Positions 33,071-41,078 of a DNA stretch of 64,000 bases are shown here, piece by piece; position 1 is the stretch's first letter, and each line of letters opens with the position of its first letter. Location of the stretch: the sequence record OR699282.2. One strand, given 5' to 3'. The position numbers were made by a program, and so were the translations under genes. The notes under the pieces were generated by a model. It was not told where the DNA came from. It did not search any database and saw only the letters and a program-made list of their open reading frames with translations.

Positions 33071-33435
33071 ATAGTAAATTGGAGAAACTAATCGAAGAAT
33101 TACGCCAGATGCCACCTATTGAACAAGTAGGAAATTACAAACGGTATCGTGTTATTGCTCGTGCACTTGATAAAAAAGGTAGAGTACTGGCAACTCGCAC
33201 AAATTCTTATACACAGACTCACCCAGTACAGAAGGGTTTCGCCATTCGTGCTGGGCGACCGCAAGGTGAGTTTCTTCATGCTGAAATTTCATGTTTACTG
33301 GCTGCTCGTACTGATGTTCATACTTTACTGATTGCACGGATAAGTAAAGATGGAATTCCTGTTCCGGCTAAACCATGTGAAATTTGCTCATTAGCAATAA
33401 AAGAATATGGGGTGAAAGAGATTATCCACACATGA
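33067..33435 (+). CDS. second cytidine-deaminase-superfamily protein
   Basis: HAEISC and KPCEIC Zn motifs. Confidence 0.8.
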   Translation: MNSKLEKLIEELRQMPPIEQVGNYKRYRVIARALDKKGRVLATRTNSYTQTHPVQKGFAIRAGRPQGEFLHAEISCLLAARTDVHTLLIARISKDGIPVPAKPCEICSLAIKEYGVKEIIHT

Positions 33436-33663
33436 AAATTGAAAGATATGCTAAGCATACTGTTGGGTGTGTAAATGATATATTCTATTATTATATTTTT
33501 GCACCTGAACTACGTTTTCAAATCACAACATACAATGATGGCAGATTTAAAGATACAAACTTCCTCATAACCGACTTAGCAAAGTATGCGAATACAGAAC
33601 ATTTTAATCATTTAGTATTTGTGTACTGTATACCAAACCCAAATAAAAAGTAGGAGATTAAAA

Positions 33664-34023
33664 ATGGCTAAAACAATTTCTTTAAAAAATGAAAATGTAG
33701 GACAACGCAAAGATGGTTTCTTTGGTTTTTCTTGGACAACATTATTCTTTGGACCGTTCCCTGCATTGTTTCGTGGTGACTTTATTACGTTCATCGGTGC
33801 ATTTGTAATTTACTTCATCCTCAACGCAGTGTCATTTTGGATTGTGGGTACAATTGCAATGGTTGTATGGGCATTTCTTTATAATAAGTACTACACCGTG
33901 AATCTCATCAAGAATGGGTATAAATTCAATGGCACACATGAAGAAAATGCTGAAGCTGCAATGGCTTTGCAAATTGATTTGAATAAAAACAACACAGTTG
34001 ATAAAAATAAAGATCCTGAATAA
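33664..34023 (+). CDS. membrane protein, HrgC/DUF2628-like
   Basis: GFSWTTLFFGPFPALFRGD, two TM segments, and YNKYY..NLIKNGY. Confidence 0.65.
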   Translation: MAKTISLKNENVGQRKDGFFGFSWTTLFFGPFPALFRGDFITFIGAFVIYFILNAVSFWIVGTIAMVVWAFLYNKYYTVNLIKNGYKFNGTHEENAEAAMALQIDLNKNNTVDKNKDPE

Positions 34024-34839
34024 ATGGAAAAATACGATATAATTTACGATTATTATGGTAAGGCTTATATGAAGTGTGGGCGTTATGTTGAACTCTCTAA
34101 TAGAGAATCAATAGATCCCCACACTCTTATAACAATTCATAATTCGTACTATAAAAAAGTTACAATAGCTAATTTTGCAACATACGTAAATAATCCTTTA
34201 TTTCCTTACATTATTCAGTACTACTGTAGAGTTATCAAATAAGGTAAAAAGAAATGTTAGCTGATGAATTTATGTCACTAAGTATCAAGATATTTGATAT
34301 ACTAGGTGATGAAACAGATTTCAATCTAAGCGACAAAGATATTCCATTGGAAGATGGTGGATACTTTTTTGCGATTGGAACTACGTATAATCTGGATCTT
34401 TCAAAGCCTATCAGTGATGATAGTGATTATAATGCAACAACATATTTTGATTTCCAGCTTGATGGACATAAAGAGCGTTTACTAACGTACAGACGTAAAG
34501 GTAGTTTCAATAGAACCGAGATTACAATAATGGATTTTGAAAAACGCATTGAACTAGCTAAGAAACATCCATTCATCAGTACTCATACATTTAATAGACT
34601 AATCGATCTATTAGATAATTATCCATATACAATCCGAGGGTCGTTACGTTTAAATGCAGAATGAAATCTTCAAAAAAGAATACGATGGTGAAAGTCTCTA
34701 TGATATTCAAAGAGACGTACATGAAGCATTCGATTCAAGATTTAACCCATTAGCTGAACAAATCCCACAAGATGAGTTTGGTTTTCAGGAAGGCACTTTC
34801 ACAGTGACTATTACATGGAGTCCAGATGAGACTAGCTAA
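34024..34839 (+). other. three small hypothetical CDS (34024, 34254, 34654)
   Basis: ORF track; terminator at 34942-34963. Confidence 0.6.
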
Positions 34840-34998
34840 ACTTGTAATAGGTTGTAGTGCACTTGCTGCATATATGCTTTTTTCCGCACCAACCAATGTA
34901 TTACTGTTAATTTGGGCAGTTGTTATATTAGCAGTACTTTAAAGCACCCTAGTGGTGCTTTTTCTATTTGTGCAAATAAAAACCAATGTGACTTTTCC

Positions 34999-35040
34999 TT
35001 GATATAGGTCAAGAGAAATAACCTGTTCTGACGCTATAAT
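34999..35040 (+). promoter_or_regulatory. FNR-dependent class II promoter for nrdD
   Basis: TTGAT-ATAG-GTCAA (1 mismatch to the FNR consensus) centred at 35005.5; TATAAT at 35035-35040, giving -41.5 geometry; no good -35. Confidence 0.7.
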
Positions 35041-35101
35041 GTTGTCTGGTGATATTAAATATCTTCACCCCCAGATGATTTCAAAATACAAGGAATGTAC
35101 A

Positions 35102-36907
35102 ATGCAATTAGATAAATTATATACTGACGTAACGAATTTCCTCAATCAGAGCAATACTGATCTTACCAACGAAAATGCGAACAAAGATGCGAAATGCGTC
35201 AATACACACAGGGATTTACTTGCAGGTATCCTATCTAAGCATTATTCACAAGATGTTATTCCAAATGAGCTAATGCAGTGGCATAATGATGGTTATGGTC
35301 ATATTCATGATTTAGACTACTATATCAGCCCATTAACCAACTGTTGCTTAGTTAACTACCCAGATATGCTAAAAAATGGATTTACCATTGGTTGTGCCAA
35401 AATTGAAGAACCAAAGAGTTTTAGTGTAGCATGTACAGTACTGACACAAATTGTTCAGGCTGTTGCTAGTTCCCAGTATGGTGGACAATCGTTGGCTCAT
35501 ATTGACGTTGGTCTTGAACCTTACGTTCAAAAGTCATGGGATAAGCTGTTAGAAAAACAAAAGAAATATAATCTAAGTGATGAATTCATTGAAGAAGAAC
35601 TACGAAAAGAAGTATACGATGGCTGTCAAACATTACTTTACCAAACTAATTCAATGATTAGTACTAATGGTCAAGCTGCATTTATTTCTCTTAGTTTAGG
35701 TCTTAATACTTCTAAATTTGGTAAATTAATTACTGAACAGTACTTAAAAGTTCATGAGAATGGTTTAGGTAAAGATAAGATTACTCCAGTGTTTCCTAAA
35801 GTTATTTTCTTTCTACAAGATGGTATAAACATGAATGCAAATGATAGCAATTATGACCTCAAACAGTTAGCTATGCGTTGTGCATCAAAAAGAATCTATC
35901 CAGATTTTGTTTCAGTACCATTAAATCACAAAGTGACTGGAAGTAGTAGTACTGCTGTAACACCGATGGGCTGTCGTTCATTCTTAGGAAAATGGGAAGA
36001 TTCAAATGGAAATGAACAATATAACGGTCGTTTCAATTTAGGCGTAGTTTCTATCAATTTACCTCTAATTGCTCTTGAGAGTGCTTCTGATGGAGAGTTT
36101 TTTGATAAGATAGACGAGCACATGAATATTGCATATCGTGCTCAGATGAACCGTGTGGAGCGTTTAAAAGGCACTAAAGCGAAGCAGAATCCAATTTTGT
36201 TCATGGAAGGTGCATTAGCACGTTTAGGTGCAGAAGAAACCATTGACAAGCTATTTTACAATGGTTATGCTAGTATTAGTATTGGTTATGTTGGTCTTGT
36301 TGAATGTTCAGAAATCCTCACTGGTTCTATCAGTAAGGAGTTTTGTATGTCAGTACTGAATTATATGAAAGTAAAATGTGATGAGTTCAAAAAAGAAAGT
36401 AATATTGCTTTTAGTCTATATGGAACTCCAGCAGAGTCGCTTTGTTATAAATTTGCACGTTGCATTGAAGCAAAATATCCTTCAGTACTAAAACGTGATT
36501 ACATCACAAATTCCTTCCATCAACCAGTATGGGTAGAAAGTTCTCCATTTGATAAATGGAGTTATGAAGAAGGGTTTGCTTACCTAAGTAACGGTGGAAA
36601 CATCAGTTATGTTGAATCTCCAAACTTAGCAAACAACATTCAAGCACTTGAAACATTAGTTAACTATGCGTACACTAAGATACCATATTTTGGTATTAAC
36701 CAACCAGTTGACCATTGTTATGAATGTGGCTTCCAGGGTGAGTTCAGTGTAGATAAACATGGTTTCCACTGTCCTGTATGTGATAATCGTAATGAGAAGA
36801 CAATCTCAGTGATTCGTCGTGTTTCTGGGTACTTGGGTAATCCTTCTTCGCGTGGCTTCAATAAAGGCAAGCAACAAGAGTGTTGTGAGCGTATTCAGCA
36901 CAAATAA
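35102..36907 (+). CDS. nrdD: anaerobic (class III) ribonucleoside-triphosphate reductase, no ATP cone
   Basis: HIHDLD, NCCL, PMGCRS, PAE, CxxC..CxxC and glycyl-radical RRVSGYLG; AAGGA RBS before ATG at 35102. Confidence 0.96.
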   Translation: MQLDKLYTDVTNFLNQSNTDLTNENANKDAKCVNTHRDLLAGILSKHYSQDVIPNELMQWHNDGYGHIHDLDYYISPLTNCCLVNYPDMLKNGFTIGCAKIEEPKSFSVACTVLTQIVQAVASSQYGGQSLAHIDVGLEPYVQKSWDKLLEKQKKYNLSDEFIEEELRKEVYDGCQTLLYQTNSMISTNGQAAFISLSLGLNTSKFGKLITEQYLKVHENGLGKDKITPVFPKVIFFLQDGINMNANDSNYDLKQLAMRCASKRIYPDFVSVPLNHKVTGSSSTAVTPMGCRSFLGKWEDSNGNEQYNGRFNLGVVSINLPLIALESASDGEFFDKIDEHMNIAYRAQMNRVERLKGTKAKQNPILFMEGALARLGAEETIDKLFYNGYASISIGYVGLVECSEILTGSISKEFCMSVLNYMKVKCDEFKKESNIAFSLYGTPAESLCYKFARCIEAKYPSVLKRDYITNSFHQPVWVESSPFDKWSYEEGFAYLSNGGNISYVESPNLANNIQALETLVNYAYTKIPYFGINQPVDHCYECGFQGEFSVDKHGFHCPVCDNRNEKTISVIRRVSGYLGNPSSRGFNKGKQQECCERIQHK

Positions 36908-36915
36908 GGTAAATT

Positions 36916-37248
36916 ATGGATTTAAAGCCAATTGTGGTTAACAAATACAAAGAACCGTATGATGTGTATATTGGACGTGGGTCTAAATGGGGAAACCCAT
37001 TTACCCATATTAAAGATAAACAAACCAAAGCCGAGTTCATTGTTAGTACAAGAGAAGAATCAATTGAAAAATTCAGAGAATACATTATTGAACGTATTTC
37101 TTGTGGAGAAGTTAAGATTGATGAATTACTTGAACTCGCAGGGAAACGCCTTGGTTGTTTCTGTAAACCAAAATCATGTCACGGCGATGTTCTTGTCGAA
37201 ATAGTGAGTGCAATATTAGATGAATTACCAGACGATAATCAAGGATGA
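36916..37248 (+). CDS. DUF4326 family protein
   Basis: VYIGRGSKWGNPF and LGCFCKPKSCHGDVL. Confidence 0.85.
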   Translation: MDLKPIVVNKYKEPYDVYIGRGSKWGNPFTHIKDKQTKAEFIVSTREESIEKFREYIIERISCGEVKIDELLELAGKRLGCFCKPKSCHGDVLVEIVSAILDELPDDNQG

Positions 37249-37690
37249 TTTAGTAAATGGAGAGGGCGTTCGCTGCTCTTTATTTGTTAGTGGGTGTTCG
37301 CACGGATGTGATGGTTGCTTCAATGAAGAAGCATGGGATTACAGAAGTGGTCAATTGTTCAGTACTGAAACAGTTGAGATTATACTACAGGAACTAAAAA
37401 AACCATATGTTAGTGGTTTGTCACTTCTAGGCGGCGATCCATTAATGAAAAAGAATATAGATGAAGTTTTAAATCTATGCAAAGTAGTTAAAGAAACTTA
37501 TCCTAGTAAAACTATTTGGTGCTGGAGTGGGTATACTTTAGATGAGATTATGAAAAATCATGCTAAAGATATACTTCAGTACTTAGATGTATTAGTTGAT
37601 GGTAAGTTTATTGAGTCCGAAAAGAATTTAAAATTACCTTTCCGTGGTTCAAATAATCAAAGAATACTATATAAAAATAAAGATTTTTAG
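37220..37690 (+). CDS. nrdG: class III RNR activating radical-SAM enzyme
   Basis: NGEGVRCSLFVSGCSHGCDGCFN, GGDP, DGKF and RGSNNQR. Confidence 0.95.
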   Translation: MNYQTIIKDDLVNGEGVRCSLFVSGCSHGCDGCFNEEAWDYRSGQLFSTETVEIILQELKKPYVSGLSLLGGDPLMKKNIDEVLNLCKVVKETYPSKTIWCWSGYTLDEIMKNHAKDILQYLDVLVDGKFIESEKNLKLPFRGSNNQRILYKNKDF

Positions 37691-37693
37691 CAT

Positions 37694-37732
37694 AAGCACC
37701 CGTTGGGTGCTTTTTTATTATGTATATAAATA
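37694..37732 (+). promoter_or_regulatory. terminator followed by a T4-late-like TATAAATA box
   Basis: AAGCACCC-GTT-GGGTGCTT plus T run at 37694-37716; TATAAATA at 37725-37732 ahead of the structural genes. Confidence 0.6.
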
Positions 37733-37766
37733 CATTAACTAATATCTAATTTATAAGGGATATATA

Positions 37767-40463
37767 ATGTCAAAGAAAATATATGGTGGCTTAGATGTCA
37801 CACATAATGTGACAGTTAATGGTAAAAGAACAATTCAAGGAATAAATGAACAAGTTTTTGATTCCAACGGTAACTTGGAATTAGATACTTATTCCAGAGA
37901 TGAAGTACTAGATATAGTAAGTATGATGCCAATCTCCCATTATGGTTCACAAAACTATCTACCTGCGGGTGTTTCTGGGGATTTCAATGGTGCATCAGAA
38001 AACCAGTCACAACGTAGAAATAAAATTTTATTAGAAAACGATGGTACACTAGTACTTTTACGTAGTGGGACAAACGGTAGTGTTGAGGGATTATTTTATT
38101 CATATTTGGCTAACGCATTATCAGTTGATGACATGAGCCGTACAATTAACACCAGTCGTCAATACAAGCCTGGGTTTTTTGGTTCAAATAGAGTTGCGAT
38201 TGGTTTATACAATACTGATCCAAATATTTTACTCGGTAGATATATTGATACTTCTAACAGTACTAATGGTTTGTTCATATCAATTACCAATGGTACATTA
38301 GATGATAAATTGCATACTGGTTTTTTCGTTAACCAAGCAGATATATCACCTGAAGGTGGTATTGAATATGCTATGATGGCAGAAGATGGTTCTATATATG
38401 TTTTTAACGTACTTAATGAAAATAACCAACTACAATTAGTTGTTGTTAAAGTTGTTTATAATATAAGCAATGGTACTTATACTGCAACTCGAATTACTGG
38501 ATGGACTACTAAAACATTTTATAACACAACTTATTCTGCACAAAATAATATGGTTATTACTAATCAGGTAACATCAACAAATATTGCTGATAAACCTTAT
38601 GTGTATGTTCCACAAAATCTACGTGGTATTGGGATTTACATGACATCAATTGATTTATATGTTGCACAGCAGCCAGGAACGCAGAATTTCCGCTTTAGAA
38701 TGAACGGGGACGCTTGGTTTACAATGGCAACATATAATACACGTCCACAGCATAGTTACAGTTTTGTGTTCAATATGAGTACTAAACAATGTACATTAGA
38801 TGCAGGTAACGATATTGGTTCATATCAAGCACCATTAGTTATAACTAATACTGGTTCGGCATTAGTTCCTACTGGTAACGTTTTAAATAACGATCCATTG
38901 TATAACCATGCAAATGCAAGAAACATTTATAGTTCATATTTTTATTTGAATTCTGGTGAAGCTTTTTGTACTGCATGTCCAAACTTAGCAGAACCATTAC
39001 TTATGCAAAAAGCTAAGTTTCCTATTCAAATAGTTTATAGTATGCTGAATGTCCGTGCTGTACTTTCTACTGACTTCAAAGGTGGTATAGTTCGCCCGTC
39101 TTTTGGTTCAGCGGTTGGTTCATTTATTAATGGTGTAGAATTACTACCAGATAACAGTACTAAACAATATTCACGTGCATCAGGTAGTGGTGGATTTAGA
39201 CCATCATATGCAGTTCATAAAAGTACTCCTAATTTTACATTTAAATCATTATCTTTAGGAACAATACAAGGTTATGAACCTACAGTTGAACGTGCTAATG
39301 TTGATGATAATGCAAATAATAGAATTTTTATTAGTAGTATTTCTGGGTCAACTGTCACAACCAATGGTGGTATTTTTATGGTTGGGCAACGTTATTCACA
39401 ATCATTATCCTATGATAAAAACTTAAATGGCACAGGAATTATAAGCGTTACACAATCAGTACTGGACAATTTTAGAAATACTGAATATGCCAAAGTTCTA
39501 AGTGATTGGAATTTATCAGCACAAGCATACCGTGATATGACACTATTTGTTCCACAACAAACAGACATTCCAGCTTTTGTTATGTTGAGTACAATTACTA
39601 ATGATTATAGAAACTATATTAGAATTGCTGAAGTTAATGTCAATACTAGAGTTGGTAATATTACATCTATTACATTTAAGCGTTTAGTACTTGAGAATAC
39701 GTATGGTGATAACTTTACACCAACTGGGAATGGTTCGATTGCATCTTCTTCTGTTGGTTTGACAATATATGATGGTGGTTCATTCTACTTCATTGGTGGT
39801 TCTGACCCATTATCACATCCAACAATAGGTAATACTGCAACTCATCAATTTAGAGCATATGTAACTAAATCAACTGCACAATTTACAAGTTTTATAATTA
39901 CTGGTTCTCATGCCAGTTATGAACAAGGAAGTCAACCAGCAGCATTACCTGGTATTGGTTTTGGAATTTTTGAACCAATTGATTACTCAAATAAAATGAC
40001 ATTCAAAAAATATGGAACAACGATTGCAGACTATAATAACTGGACTGCACAAGGTAGCCCAATTAACGTAGTATCCCAGGACGTTGCTCAAGGGTTTATT
40101 GTATATTTTACAGAGGAAACACCAGTTATTCTTTCAGGTAAGTCATTTTCACTACCAGTTTCAAATATTGATTTGAGAACTATTAAGTCTAATCCAGCAA
40201 ATACAACATTTTATGTATATGTTAAATTGGAACAAGGATTGGCAAACTATTACATAACTACTGATGTTATTTCTGAAACAGGAACAACTGCATATAATAT
40301 TTTTTGGATAGGTACAATTCAAACTAATGCAATTCAAATCGAAACAATTAATATACAAAAACGTTCCCGTTTAGATATATTTGGTGCTTCACTTGAATCA
40401 GCAGGTTCATCGTTCCCAGTTAGCTACGGTCTACCATCACAAACAGGAACCATAAACTGGTAA
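37767..40463 (+). CDS. large virion fibre/appendage-like protein (898 aa)
   Basis: Beta-rich G/S/T/N composition; paralogous to 41079-43808; preceded by a late-type promoter. Confidence 0.7.
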   Translation: MSKKIYGGLDVTHNVTVNGKRTIQGINEQVFDSNGNLELDTYSRDEVLDIVSMMPISHYGSQNYLPAGVSGDFNGASENQSQRRNKILLENDGTLVLLRSGTNGSVEGLFYSYLANALSVDDMSRTINTSRQYKPGFFGSNRVAIGLYNTDPNILLGRYIDTSNSTNGLFISITNGTLDDKLHTGFFVNQADISPEGGIEYAMMAEDGSIYVFNVLNENNQLQLVVVKVVYNISNGTYTATRITGWTTKTFYNTTYSAQNNMVITNQVTSTNIADKPYVYVPQNLRGIGIYMTSIDLYVAQQPGTQNFRFRMNGDAWFTMATYNTRPQHSYSFVFNMSTKQCTLDAGNDIGSYQAPLVITNTGSALVPTGNVLNNDPLYNHANARNIYSSYFYLNSGEAFCTACPNLAEPLLMQKAKFPIQIVYSMLNVRAVLSTDFKGGIVRPSFGSAVGSFINGVELLPDNSTKQYSRASGSGGFRPSYAVHKSTPNFTFKSLSLGTIQGYEPTVERANVDDNANNRIFISSISGSTVTTNGGIFMVGQRYSQSLSYDKNLNGTGIISVTQSVLDNFRNTEYAKVLSDWNLSAQAYRDMTLFVPQQTDIPAFVMLSTITNDYRNYIRIAEVNVNTRVGNITSITFKRLVLENTYGDNFTPTGNGSIASSSVGLTIYDGGSFYFIGGSDPLSHPTIGNTATHQFRAYVTKSTAQFTSFIITGSHASYEQGSQPAALPGIGFGIFEPIDYSNKMTFKKYGTTIADYNNWTAQGSPINVVSQDVAQGFIVYFTEETPVILSGKSFSLPVSNIDLRTIKSNPANTTFYVYVKLEQGLANYYITTDVISETGTTAYNIFWIGTIQTNAIQIETINIQKRSRLDIFGASLESAGSSFPVSYGLPSQTGTINW

Positions 40464-40474
40464 AGGATTACATA

Positions 40475-41062
40475 ATGGCATATAAAATAAGAGCAGACCT
40501 TAAGGCAATGCAACAAGTTACAGTTCAGGGTAAAAGTACTGGTCTTGGTGTATTAGGTAATAATATGACTTATTACCCAACAAATTCAAATGGGGAATGT
40601 ACATTCCCCTCTATTACCAAAGATGAAGTTAACTTTATTGTCAATGGATTACCACTTACACAATACGGAGAATTGTATGATGACGCTAGTCTAAATATTA
40701 CTTCATCAGGCTATAGTCTTACATTTAACAGACAGATACCATCATTTATTGGTGGTTATCTTTATAAATTTCCAGCAGTTTCTATTTTTGCTTCAACTGT
40801 TTCATCTGGAACACAAACACAATACGTATATGCAACGTTAGTTCTCGGTGAACCAATTTATAAAATATCACCAACACAAATACAAGAATCTGAAATTATA
40901 ATGTTTATTGGTACTCTGACCGTTGGTACAAGTGGTATTACAAATATAAACATTAATAAAGTATCCAGATTTAGTACATATAGACCTAGTGTTACACAAA
41001 AAGGTTCTTCATTCCCAGTCAGTACTGGAAAACCATCAGAAACTGGTACAATTGGTTGGTAA
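40475..41062 (+). CDS. short paralog of the fibre-like proteins (195 aa)
   Basis: Shares the N-terminal and C-terminal (GSSFPVSTGKPSETGTIGW) modules. Confidence 0.7.
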   Translation: MAYKIRADLKAMQQVTVQGKSTGLGVLGNNMTYYPTNSNGECTFPSITKDEVNFIVNGLPLTQYGELYDDASLNITSSGYSLTFNRQIPSFIGGYLYKFPAVSIFASTVSSGTQTQYVYATLVLGEPIYKISPTQIQESEIIMFIGTLTVGTSGITNININKVSRFSTYRPSVTQKGSSFPVSTGKPSETGTIGW

Positions 41063-41078
41063 ATTAAGGAAAAGAAAG

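Noticed and set aside
35031-35047. NrdR box overlapping the nrdD -10
   Set aside because: It matches the 16-bp consensus only partly and needs a gap, and there is no second box.
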